NCBI RefSeq assembly: GCF_017639855.1
Contig: NZ_CP072115.1
Location: 1,150,459-1,174,458, forward strand
Length of the DNA: 24,000 nucleotides
Direction of reading: 5' to 3'
From: Streptococcus zhangguiae
GTDB taxonomy: Bacteria; Bacillota; Bacilli; Lactobacillales; Streptococcaceae
How positions within the stretch are numbered: position 1 is the stretch's first letter; each line of letters begins with the position of its first letter. The notes beneath the pieces are model-generated. The model was given only the letters and a program-made list of their open reading frames with translations. It made no database searches and had not been told where the DNA came from. The position numbers were made by a program, and so were the translations under genes. This document shows, in pieces, positions 1 through 8,303 of the stretch.

Positions 1-998
1 TTCCATCCATCACGTGCCAACATATTGATTTCCAGTAAGCTGAGGATATGATGAATCCCTAAAATTCCCAGTAATTGTCCAAAACTTCCATAGATTAAAC
101 CACCAATACCAAAAGGTAGGGTTAGAAGAAATTCAACTGTATTTAGCACATAAATTTCTACGCTATGAAAAATAGGTCCAATAATAACTATCCCAAGAAT
201 TAATCCGGTCAAAAGAGTGAGGAATGGCCGCAAAATTAAATCCAATGAGTCTGGAATAATCTTTTTAAATCCTTTTTCAATCTTTGTTGCAGCAATAGCT
301 GTCACAAAGGCTGGTAAAACTGAGCCTTGGTATCCAACTACTTTCAAGAAGTCAAAGAAAACCATTGGTTCTGCATCACCTGAAGCAACTGAATAAGCAT
401 TTGGTAAAACTGGATTGACTAACATCAAACCAAGTACAATTCCTAAAATAGGAGTTCCACCAAAGATGATGAAGGTTGACCAAGCAACTAAGGCAGGCAA
501 AAAGGCAAAAGCAGTATCTGTCAAAATCTGGGTAAATTGAATCAATTCGACGGGTACATCTTTATTTGTCATACCAAAGAAGGACAAAATAGTATCCTGA
601 GTCAAAAGACCTCGTAACCCCATGAATAAACCTGTTGCAACAAGAACTGGAATAATCGGAACAAATACATCTCCAAAAATTCGAATAGCCCGTTTAAACG
701 TCCATTTTTCTGTCTCTAGCAATTCATCCTCGACTTTTCCCGCTTGCCTTTGACCAATTAACGGCATAAACTCTTCATAAACCTTATCTACCAAACCTGT
801 TCCTAATATAATTTGATACTGTCCTGAATTATAAAAACTTCCCTTAACCTTATCCAAGTCCTCAATAGCCTTTACATCGACTAAGTCTTGATTTTTTGTG
901 ATGATTCGTAGTCTCGTAGCACAATGTTGAGCAGATTTCACATTGTCTACTCCACCGACATAGTGTAAAATTTCTTTTGCTAATGTCTTATTATCCAT
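1..998 (-). CDS. PTS sucrose/beta-glucoside-family EIIBC component, N-terminal ~332 codons (3' end lies beyond window start)
   Basis: My own translation of the minus strand from ATG 998 gives MDNKTLAKEILHYVGGVDNVKSAQHCATRLRIITKNQDLVDVKAIEDLDKVKGSFYNSGQYQIILGTGLVDKV... HCATRLR is the EIIB(Glc/Scr) phospho-cysteine motif. The ORF is absent from the supplied track because it has no stop in the window. Its ATG overlaps the TAA of the upstream GH32 gene (ATGGATAA). Confidence 0.85.
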   Translation of the reverse strand, partial: MDNKTLAKEILHYVGGVDNVKSAQHCATRLRIITKNQDLVDVKAIEDLDKVKGSFYNSGQYQIILGTGLVDKVYEEFMPLIGQRQAGKVEDELLETEKWTFKRAIRIFGDVFVPIIPVLVATGLFMGLRGLLTQDTILSFFGMTNKDVPVELIQFTQILTDTAFAFLPALVAWSTFIIFGGTPILGIVLGLMLVNPVLPNAYSVASGDAEPMVFFDFLKVVGYQGSVLPAFVTAIAATKIEKGFKKIIPDSLDLILRPFLTLLTGLILGIVIIGPIFHSVEIYVLNTVEFLLTLPFGIGGLIYGSFGQLLGILGIHHILSLLEINMLARDGW

Positions 999-2331
999 GT
1001 TTTTCCTTCTCCATTTTATAGCAATGTATTGTTATATCATTCGAAGATTTGAGGTGATAAATTTTTTTAGGATCACGATTAAAATAGCGCAAACTCATCA
1101 CTTTCTCTCCTTGATTGATAAATATTTCTAGTGCTGATTGATCAATAAATAGCTGCATCGTCCGTAAATTTTCTAAGAAAATTGTTTTTTCTTGTACTGA
1201 ACCATTTACCCAACTCTTACGACTAAGGGTCAGTTGCTGATTGTCATAGGATAGCCAAACAGTCTGATGACCAATCTCTACCTCTAATCCATCCATCGAT
1301 TTTTCTGAAGTTAACTCAAGAATGTCCATACCCGAGGTAGCTACTATTTCATACTCTGAACTCGTAATCGTTTCTACTAACCTTCGATGATGGATGTATT
1401 CTTCTAAAGGCAGTTGATATAGCTGCTGGTCGACCAATTTTAACTCTCTTGGCATCGTCAAGCAATGCAGATAGCCATCTTTCTGAGTTGGGCAAGTTAA
1501 TTCCTCTTCTTGCGTCATCCTACTCATCCAAGCCCACATCAACTGTCGTCCCCTAGGATCTCGGAATACCTGTGGCGAATAGAAATCAAATCCCTCATCC
1601 ATTTTTTGAATATCCGTATGAGGAAAAAATTCTCCATTTTTTACGCTTCCGATGTAATAGCCTGCATAACTAGAAAGATCTGTATCTTGTTCCAAATCTC
1701 GTTTCTGTGGACAAACTAATAAAATTTGACTTGATCCCATATCAGCTATATTGGGGCATTCTGCCATTTGATCTAAGTCATCTGATTGAAAGAAAATACC
1801 TTGATATTGCCAGCTTTCACTATCTTTTGATTGATAATAAGCAATGCAACCTCTTCCTTTCTTATCTTGTGCTCCGACAATCATATGGAACTTCCCTTCT
1901 GCTTGCCAAACATAGGGATCACGATGGTGTTCTGTAAAATGAGAAGGAGTTAGAGTCGCAATATGGCCTTTGACAAATGTCTTCCCGTTATCTGAAATGG
2001 CTTGTAGCTGCACCGATTTTCTCTGTCCCTTTTCTTTGCTATTTCCTGTATAAAATACTCTTAATTCTTGGTTTACAATAATGGCAGAGCCTGAATAGAC
2101 ACCTGAACTATCTTCCCTTCTGTCAGGTAAAATCGCACTTCCTTCGTGTGTCCATTCTAATAAGTCTCTTGAAGTAAATAAGCCCCATTCTTTGTAAGAA
2201 TGATTTGTCTCAAAGCGGTTCCATTGGTGGAAAACATAGTATTTTCCTTGATAAAAGGCAAGCCCATTAGGGTCATTTAATAAGCCTTTACCAGGCTCCA
2301 AATGAAATACATTCCGATATTGATTTTCCAA
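991..2331 (-). CDS. GH32 sucrose-6-phosphate hydrolase / beta-fructofuranosidase (ScrB/SacA-like)
   Basis: 446-aa ORF. The GH32 catalytic motifs are present: NDPNG (nucleophile Asp), RDP (HRDPYVW) and EC (MAECPN). The start is TTG at 2331, with a GGGAGGA SD about 5 nt upstream. The gene is translationally coupled to the downstream PTS EIIBC. Confidence 0.88.
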   Translation of the reverse strand: MENQYRNVFHLEPGKGLLNDPNGLAFYQGKYYVFHQWNRFETNHSYKEWGLFTSRDLLEWTHEGSAILPDRREDSSGVYSGSAIIVNQELRVFYTGNSKEKGQRKSVQLQAISDNGKTFVKGHIATLTPSHFTEHHRDPYVWQAEGKFHMIVGAQDKKGRGCIAYYQSKDSESWQYQGIFFQSDDLDQMAECPNIADMGSSQILLVCPQKRDLEQDTDLSSYAGYYIGSVKNGEFFPHTDIQKMDEGFDFYSPQVFRDPRGRQLMWAWMSRMTQEEELTCPTQKDGYLHCLTMPRELKLVDQQLYQLPLEEYIHHRRLVETITSSEYEIVATSGMDILELTSEKSMDGLEVEIGHQTVWLSYDNQQLTLSRKSWVNGSVQEKTIFLENLRTMQLFIDQSALEIFINQGEKVMSLRYFNRDPKKIYHLKSSNDITIHCYKMEKEKHG

Positions 2332-2349
2332 AGATTCCTCCCTTTTATT

Positions 2350-2363
2350 TCAAAGCGTTTTCA
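2350..2363. promoter_or_regulatory. Candidate CcpA catabolite-responsive element (cre)
   Basis: TCAAAGCGTTTTCA matches the cre consensus TGWAANCGNTNWCA at 13/14 positions on either strand. It lies just upstream of the GH32 SD, in the divergent control region. Confidence 0.45.
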
Positions 2364-2408
2364 ACTAGTTGTTGCTTATTATTTTAACGGATAACAGATT
2401 GGAATTCC

Positions 2409-2440
2409 ATGGAAATTTTATACAAGAATATGGAAAAATC
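2409..2440 (+). promoter_or_regulatory. Phased direct repeat ATGGAAA(T/A)(T/A)T x2, 21 bp apart; candidate AraC-family half-sites
   Basis: ATGGAAATTTT at 2409 and ATGGAAAAATC at 2430 are offset by exactly 21 bp (two helical turns). They lie between the divergent GH32-PTS and AraC-aga units, next to the 10-bp palindrome TGGAATTCCA (2400-2409). Confidence 0.3.
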
Positions 2441-2450
2441 TCATATAAAC

Positions 2451-2478
2451 TAGACTATTTTTGATTTTTCGTTATACT
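2451..2478 (+). promoter_or_regulatory. Candidate sigma-A promoter of AraC-aga unit (TAGACT-16 nt-TATACT)
   Basis: The -10 TATACT (2473-2478) ends 7 nt before ATG 2486, and no purine-rich SD lies between them. The predicted TSS therefore falls at or next to the start codon. Confidence 0.35.
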
Positions 2479-2485
2479 AAAATGT

Positions 2486-3334
2486 ATGGAACATTATTTA
2501 AGACAATATACAGATAGATTTACCGATTTCAATAATAAACATATTTCAGACCTCATTTTGTATAGTAGCGGCATTGAATACTGTCGCCCTAATCATTCCT
2601 ACAGTTTACGAAGCCGTGACTATCACGTCATACTCTTTGTTAAAGAGGGCAAGGGAACTTTTGAAATTGAAGAGAAGCACTACATTATCCAGCAAAACCA
2701 ACTCTTTATCATTCCTGCCGGCTACTGGTTTCGCTATACTGCTGATACAGACAATCCATGGAAATATTCCTGGATAGGATTTTTAGGAATCAAGTCTAAT
2801 TTTATCTACCAAGCCTCGAAACAACATCAGTTTGTCTTTGATTGCAAAAATGCGGAAGATTATGAAGCCCTCATCAATCAAATGCTTGATGTCTCTGAGA
2901 ATACTTTCAGCTCCTTCTTAAAAATCAATGGCTTCATGTATACTTTACTAGGAAAATTAGTCGAAGAAATTGGAATTCTGGATCAAGTTTCTGAACAGCA
3001 AGTCTCAACCCTTGCACGACACTACATGGATTTACATTACCATGAAATTGTTCAAATTGCAGATGTAGCTGACTTTATAGGGATCCATCCCAATTATCTG
3101 GCTCATCTCTTTAAAAAAGAAACAGGAATTTCTCCCAAGCAATATCTTTCTACACTCAGAATAAAAAAAGCCAAAGAATTGCTCATCGAGACATCGTATC
3201 CCATCAATACGATTGCACATTCCGTTGGTTTTTCGGATGCGCTCTCCTTCTCAAAATTCTTTAAAAAAGAAACCGCAATCGCACCAACCACCTATCGAAA
3301 GGAATACAAACATGACGTTATCCATCACATTTGA
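2486..3334 (+). CDS. AraC/XylS-family transcriptional regulator (MsmR/RafR-like)
   Basis: 282 aa. The N-terminal half is cupin-like; the C-terminal half carries the double HTH (IADVADFIGIHPNYLAHLFKKETGISPKQYLSTLRIKKAKELL...TIAHSVGFSDALSFSKFFKKETAIAPTTYR). The 3' end overlaps the aga start by 23 nt. Confidence 0.87.
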   Translation: MEHYLRQYTDRFTDFNNKHISDLILYSSGIEYCRPNHSYSLRSRDYHVILFVKEGKGTFEIEEKHYIIQQNQLFIIPAGYWFRYTADTDNPWKYSWIGFLGIKSNFIYQASKQHQFVFDCKNAEDYEALINQMLDVSENTFSSFLKINGFMYTLLGKLVEEIGILDQVSEQQVSTLARHYMDLHYHEIVQIADVADFIGIHPNYLAHLFKKETGISPKQYLSTLRIKKAKELLIETSYPINTIAHSVGFSDALSFSKFFKKETAIAPTTYRKEYKHDVIHHI

Positions 3335-5504
3335 TTCTACTACGAACTACTTCCATCTGACCAATCAATCAATCAGCTACATCATTGAACTACTGGACAA
3401 TCGTTACCTCATTCATCGCTATTGGGGAAAATCCGTTAGGAACTATTCCGGAGCCAACCGACTTCCCAGCTACAAAAAAACCTTTGCTAGTTTCCAATCC
3501 TTGGAGCAAGATAATCAATCTTTTGAATTTCTTCCCCAAGAATGTCCTCTATCTTTTATGGGAGATTATAAAGAAGCGGGATTAAAACTCCGTTTAGCTG
3601 ACCAATCCGAAATGCTTCGACCTATCTTTCATTCCTATAACATTTTTAACGGAGTTCCAAATCTACCAGATTTACCTCATGCAAGAGCAACCATTGATGA
3701 AGCAAAAACACTTGTCTTAACATTAATCGACTCAACTTCACGGGTACAACTAGACCTTTTCTACTCTATTTTTAAAGATAATAATACCATCATCCGTTCT
3801 AGCAAACTGACAAATCTATCTAGCGATGAGTTTGAAATTCAACACTTTGCTAGTGCCACAATCGATACTCTCTATCAAGGTCAACAACTCACTAGCTTCT
3901 ATGGTTCTCATCAGAAAGAGTTCCAATTGCAACATACTTCAATTACTCATGGACAATTTCGAATTGGAAGCAGTCGAGGAGCTAGTGGCCCACAATATCC
4001 ACCATTTATCGCAATCTCTGATTTAGCACATGAATGTTATGGAGAAGTGCGGGCACTGACTTTAATTTATAGCGGTAATCACACTGAATTGATTGAAAGA
4101 GACCAGTACGATCAATTACGACTTCAAATTGGATTAAATCCAGAGATGTTTTCTTGGAAACTTGGTCCAAAAGAATGTTTTTCAACACCTCAAGCCGTTC
4201 TTGTATACAGTGATGCTGGATTTAACGGTATGTCACATCAATTCCATCATTTTACTCGCCATCATTTACTCCCGTCTCAGTTCAAAAACGAAATAGCTCC
4301 TATTTTGATCAATAGTTGGGAGATGACCTACTTTGATGTCAATGAAGAACAAATGTTACAGGTCATTGAACAAGCACATCAACTTGGCTTTGAAGCTGTT
4401 GTGCTAGATGACGGCTGGTTTAGTGGACGTAACTCTAGCAAAACTTCACTCGGAGATTGGCATGTTGATCCAATAAAATTCCCAAACGATCTCACGCCTC
4501 TGGTAAATTCCTGCCAACAGAAAGGTATGAAATTTGGTATTTGGTTTGAACCTGAAATGATTTCTGCACAGAGCCAATTATGTAAAGAAAAACCCGAATG
4601 GATTGTTAAATCACCTTATTTTCCAGCCTACTATGGCCGAAATCAATATGTCCTTGATTTAACACAAAAAGAGGTACAAGACTGGCTCATTCAAACATTG
4701 AGCACGTTTATCGAGACCTATCATGTTGATTATATTAAATGGGACATGAACCGACATTTGGTTGAAAATGAAAGTCAACTTGCTCACTTCCTACCAAAAG
4801 AGTTTTCTCATCGTTATATGCTTGGTTTATACCGTGTATTAAATTACCTTACACAACAATTTCCTAACTTGCTCTTTGAAAATTGTTCCAGTGGTGGCGG
4901 ACGGCTAGACTTTGGGATGTTGTATTATTTCCCACAAACTTGGCTTAGCGATAACACCGACGGACTCGATCGTCAAGCTATTCAATATGGAGCTAGTTAT
5001 CTCTTTCATCCCTATCAGTTAACTGGCCACGTCTCAGCAGTCCCAAATCATCAAACCAACCGCACTACACCATTACAAACACGCATGGATTTAGCAGATT
5101 CGACCAATATGGGTTATGAACTCAATATCTTGAAAACCTCACTAGAGGATAATCACGTCATTGCACACCATATTAACCGATACAAATCATTACGTCAGCT
5201 GATCCAAACCAGTCGATTTTACCGTTTACTGTCTCCTTTTGATCATAATGCGACTGCTTGGCTATTTGAAAGCGAAGATAAAGAAAACTACTACCTCGTC
5301 GCATTTCGAAATACTTACTCTGTATCTCAAACAGGATATTTATTACGAATTCCATACCTAGACGACAATGCATATTACATCACCTCCAACGGAGAATCTT
5401 ACACCGGTAGTGACTTAAAAAATGCGGGACTCTTTATATCATTTGAAAAAGGTGATTATCAGTCCTATACTCTTTATCTAAAAAAGAAACGAGAAAACCA
5501 CTAA
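3312..5504 (+). CDS. aga: GH36 alpha-galactosidase
   Basis: I trimmed track ORF 3213-5504 to ATG 3312, which has an AAGGA SD 8 nt upstream; the upstream extension lies inside the AraC gene. 730 aa. GH36 motifs are present: YIKWDMNR (nucleophile Asp) and CSSGGGR...WLSDNTDGLDR. Confidence 0.92.
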   Translation: MTLSITFDSTTNYFHLTNQSISYIIELLDNRYLIHRYWGKSVRNYSGANRLPSYKKTFASFQSLEQDNQSFEFLPQECPLSFMGDYKEAGLKLRLADQSEMLRPIFHSYNIFNGVPNLPDLPHARATIDEAKTLVLTLIDSTSRVQLDLFYSIFKDNNTIIRSSKLTNLSSDEFEIQHFASATIDTLYQGQQLTSFYGSHQKEFQLQHTSITHGQFRIGSSRGASGPQYPPFIAISDLAHECYGEVRALTLIYSGNHTELIERDQYDQLRLQIGLNPEMFSWKLGPKECFSTPQAVLVYSDAGFNGMSHQFHHFTRHHLLPSQFKNEIAPILINSWEMTYFDVNEEQMLQVIEQAHQLGFEAVVLDDGWFSGRNSSKTSLGDWHVDPIKFPNDLTPLVNSCQQKGMKFGIWFEPEMISAQSQLCKEKPEWIVKSPYFPAYYGRNQYVLDLTQKEVQDWLIQTLSTFIETYHVDYIKWDMNRHLVENESQLAHFLPKEFSHRYMLGLYRVLNYLTQQFPNLLFENCSSGGGRLDFGMLYYFPQTWLSDNTDGLDRQAIQYGASYLFHPYQLTGHVSAVPNHQTNRTTPLQTRMDLADSTNMGYELNILKTSLEDNHVIAHHINRYKSLRQLIQTSRFYRLLSPFDHNATAWLFESEDKENYYLVAFRNTYSVSQTGYLLRIPYLDDNAYYITSNGESYTGSDLKNAGLFISFEKGDYQSYTLYLKKKRENH

Positions 5505-5548
5505 GCAAGACCACTATCTAGGACTGAGCATTCTCAAACAAAACATAA

Positions 5549-5900
5549 AAACGTAGTGTCTAGAAAAGATTTTCTCAGCCGAAAAAGTAAAACTTAGAAC
5601 ATTGTCAGGAAATTTTTAGAAAAAATCGGCAGACTTAGACCATTGGCAAGGATGTTTCAATGAAAAATGCCAGACTTGAAAGCTAGGGAACCTTTTTTCA
5701 CAGAAAAATGCGGGACTTAAAACCGAGAAAGGAGATTTTTCGATGCAGAAAGCGAAACGTAGAATATCGTCAGGAAATTTTCAACAAAAAATGGCAGACT
5801 TAGACCATTGGCAAGGATGTTTCAATGAAAAATGGCAGACTTGAAACATAGTGAAGAAACAATGTACTATGTTTGACATCTCCTATTGGAAAAATGGGAC
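5549..5900. repeat. Tandem intergenic repeat array, ~41-bp units (array 2)
   Basis: Units begin with GAAAAA at about 5581, 5619, 5662, 5703, 5748, 5786, 5827 and 5889. The core is GAAAAATGSCAGACTTRRA. The 78-nt segment 5604-5681 recurs at 5769-5846 with 72/78 identity, an offset of 165 bp, which is about 4 units. Confidence 0.75.
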
Positions 5901-5906
5901 AACATA

Positions 5907-5961
5907 CAAAAAGTGAGACCAACTGTCGCTTTAAACGTACCGTTGCGCCTCACTCTTTTTT
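5907..5961. terminator. Bidirectional intrinsic terminator shared by aga (plus) and polyprenyl synthase gene (minus)
   Basis: The sequence is AAAAAGTGAGACCAAC...GTTGCGCCTCACTCTTTTTT. AGTGAG (5912-5917) pairs with CTCACT (5949-5954), and an inner AAC/GTT also pairs. An A-run lies on the left and a T-run on the right. It starts 3 nt after the minus-strand stop at 5965. Confidence 0.6.
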
Positions 5962-5964
5962 AGC

Positions 5965-6945
5965 TTAGCTACTTCTTTTTAATAACTGTTTTGTTAGATT
6001 ATATAATAAGTCTTTGGCTGGGTGATTTGGCAACTGTTCAATCGCAGATACTGCTTTTTGTGTAAAGCGCTCTGCTAGCTTCCTTGCCTGCTCCAATCCC
6101 CCTTCTTGTTTCATTAAAGCAACAACAGCCTGCACATCTTCTTCTGTCATATCCTCTCGCTTATCCAAATAAGGACGAAAGGCGGTAGGATTTTTTTGTA
6201 GAGCACACAAGAGGGGCAAGTTGTAAATACCTTGACCAATATCTTCCAAGACAGGCTTATTTAATGCAGATTGTTCTTCTGTATAGTCTAGCAAATCGTC
6301 AATCATCTGAAAGGCCATACCAATATAAAAGCCGATATGCCCCGCCAAGCGGATGATTTCCTGATCAGCACCACCAAAGTAGGCACCTTCTCGACTCGCC
6401 AGTTTAAACAAGGCAGCGGTTTTCCCAGCAGCAGCTCGTAAATAGTCATGGACGGTTTGTGCTTGATTATAATAGGCAGACATCTGATCAAGCTCACCAA
6501 CTAGTATTTTCTTCATCGCCTTGGCATTGACATTCATATAAGGAGAGCCAGGCATAGACTCTAGGAGTAAGCCAAAAAAGACGGTAAAGAGCAAGTCTCC
6601 TGTATAGACGGCAACATCCTTACCAAAGCGACTTTGAATCGTCACCTGTCCTCGGCGTAGCGGAGAGTCATCAATAATGTCATCATGAACTAATGTCGCC
6701 AAATGCAGGACCTCAAGAGAAGCTGCAGCGGTTATCAACTTGTCCTCATCGAGTCTTGGTGTGTCGCCAAATTCCTCAAATAAAAAGAAAAAAGCGGGGC
6801 GAAGGTACTTTCCACCTGCGCTATTTAGCTCTACTAGTGCCTGCTTAATACCCGTATGTCGTATGTGGACCTTCTTTTCAATCAGGGTCCTTACGCTGTC
6901 AAGTTTTTCCTCCAAACCCTCATAGCGACTCCAATACGCTGCCAT
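5965..6945 (-). CDS. trans-polyprenyl diphosphate synthase (heptaprenyl/octaprenyl type, HepT/IspB-like)
   Basis: 326 aa. Both aspartate-rich motifs are present: LVHDDIIDDSPLRRG (FARM, DDxxxxD type) and FQMIDDLLD (SARM). The start is ATG with an AAGGAG SD 8 nt upstream. Confidence 0.88.
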   Translation of the reverse strand: MAAYWSRYEGLEEKLDSVRTLIEKKVHIRHTGIKQALVELNSAGGKYLRPAFFFLFEEFGDTPRLDEDKLITAAASLEVLHLATLVHDDIIDDSPLRRGQVTIQSRFGKDVAVYTGDLLFTVFFGLLLESMPGSPYMNVNAKAMKKILVGELDQMSAYYNQAQTVHDYLRAAAGKTAALFKLASREGAYFGGADQEIIRLAGHIGFYIGMAFQMIDDLLDYTEEQSALNKPVLEDIGQGIYNLPLLCALQKNPTAFRPYLDKREDMTEEDVQAVVALMKQEGGLEQARKLAERFTQKAVSAIEQLPNHPAKDLLYNLTKQLLKRSS

Positions 6946-7036
6946 TTCCTAATCTCCTTGATTCCTAACTGCTCTCTATTTTACATTATTTAGGCTGTAA
7001 TAGCTAGTATGTTGGATTTTTCATTGCTATTTTATT

Positions 7037-7092
7037 CAAAAAATACCTAAAAGGTTTTTCTACTGATTCCAGCATGCCAACCTCTTAGGTAT
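7037..7092 (-). terminator. Intrinsic terminator ending the PTS-peptidase operon
   Basis: The minus strand reads ATACCTAAGAGGTT...AACCTTTTAGGTAT followed by TTTTTT. The outer 8-bp arms are perfect (7043-7050 with 7085-7092), with inner AGGTT/AACCT pairing. It begins 11 nt after the PatB-like stop. Confidence 0.6.
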
Positions 7093-7102
7093 CAATAAAT
7101 GC

Positions 7103-8299
7103 TTATTTTTCCAAAGACCGTTTTTTATAGTTTAGATAGGTCTTTTTAATCCGTTCGAGTACGGTGAGCCAGGTATCTCTTGGTAAGCCGACACAGATTC
7201 GAACAAAGCCTTCTCCATCTTGTACAAAGTAACTTCCAGGTACCATCGTCAAATTTGCCTCCTTGAAAAATGCTGTCATTTCCTCCTCATTATGAAAGAG
7301 TTGATGAACATCAATCCAAGCTAGAAAGGATGATTCTGCCGGCATAATAATAGCCTCCGGAATATCCTCAAAACAGTGATGAAGTAAGTTCATATTTTCT
7401 TTGATGTAAGCTGTCCATTCATCGAGCCAAGCCTCACAGTGAGTATAGGCTGCAATAATTGCTGGTACAGCAAAAACATGGGGAGAAGTAATGGAATTTG
7501 CCTCTAACTGTTGATAAAATATCTGACGCAAAATAGGATTCTTAATGACAACGTAAGAAGTTTTTAAACCGCCCAAGTTAAATGCTTTGTTAGGCGATAA
7601 ACAAAGAATACACTGATCCATAATTTTAGGATGCGCATTCGCAATGGTTGTAAAGCTCTCAACTTCAAATAAAATATCCCGATGAATCTCATCGCAAACT
7701 AGAAGAACTTGATAAGTCAAACAAAGCTCTGCTAGGCGATTCAATTCATCCTTTGTCCACACGCGCCCTGAAGGATTTTGAGGACTGCATAAAATATATA
7801 TCTTTACATCGTTTGTCCGAAATTGGTATTCAATATCCTCAAAATCAATATAATAGCGATTCTCACGATTAATCAAGGAACTGGTTAGCAGTGTCCGGCC
7901 ATTATGAAGGACCGCCTCTGCAAAGGGAGCATAGGCAGGAGTATTGATAAGTATCGCTTCTTTTTCTTTACTAAAAGCTTGAACAATATAGTGCAATGTC
8001 GAAACTGTGCCAAATGTTAACTTAATCCACTCTTTTTCAATAACCTGTTGGAAACGACGCTTATTCCAATCGATTACAGCATCATAAAATTCATCTGGAA
8101 CAAAGGTATAGCTATAATCGGGAACCATTGCTCGCTTTACTAAAGCCTCTCTAATTGGTTCTGCAACAGCAACATCGACATCGGCTAAATCCAAGGGAAT
8201 AGCTCCTTCTCCCAAACCAAACTTAGTAGCAATTAGTTGAGGATTCCATTTCCTTGAATGTCCTAAGCGACGATCTATTTTGATATTAAAATCATACAC
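7103..8299 (-). CDS. PLP-dependent C-S lyase / aminotransferase class I-II (PatB/MalY-like cystathionine beta-lyase)
   Basis: 398 aa. The N-terminus MYDFNIKIDRRLGHSRKW is typical of MalY/PatB. The PLP-lysine motif is SPNKAFNLGGLK. The start is GTG at 8299, 4 nt after the stop of the upstream gene. Confidence 0.85.
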   Translation of the reverse strand: MYDFNIKIDRRLGHSRKWNPQLIATKFGLGEGAIPLDLADVDVAVAEPIREALVKRAMVPDYSYTFVPDEFYDAVIDWNKRRFQQVIEKEWIKLTFGTVSTLHYIVQAFSKEKEAILINTPAYAPFAEAVLHNGRTLLTSSLINRENRYYIDFEDIEYQFRTNDVKIYILCSPQNPSGRVWTKDELNRLAELCLTYQVLLVCDEIHRDILFEVESFTTIANAHPKIMDQCILCLSPNKAFNLGGLKTSYVVIKNPILRQIFYQQLEANSITSPHVFAVPAIIAAYTHCEAWLDEWTAYIKENMNLLHHCFEDIPEAIIMPAESSFLAWIDVHQLFHNEEEMTAFFKEANLTMVPGSYFVQDGEGFVRICVGLPRDTWLTVLERIKKTYLNYKKRSLEK

Positions 8300-8303
8300 T
8301 TTT

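Noticed and set aside
1510-1937. Short plus-strand ORFs inside GH32 (1510-1719, 1707-1937). Similar internal or antisense ORFs occur in other genes, for example 2574-2777, 3032-3291, 6303-6500, 9700-9987, 12185-12439, 15345-15843, 16323-16607, 18860-19057, 19812-20261 and 21022-21267.
   Set aside because: All are fully nested in, or antisense to, well-supported longer CDSs. They lack SDs and recognisable motifs, so they are typical shadow ORFs.
3213-3311. A longer alpha-galactosidase start at 3213.
   Set aside because: The extra 33 codons lie inside the AraC regulator gene in another frame. ATG 3312 has an AAGGA SD and gives a canonical GH36 N-terminus.
5743-5844. A 33-codon ORF with a strong AAAGGAG SD inside repeat array 2, as a real small-protein gene.
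   Set aside because: The paralogous repeat copy (5604-5681) has TAG where this copy has CAA, and TCG where this copy has the internal ATG. The remaining differences are non-synonymous (W to C). There is therefore no sign of purifying selection. I kept it only as a note under the array-2 finding.
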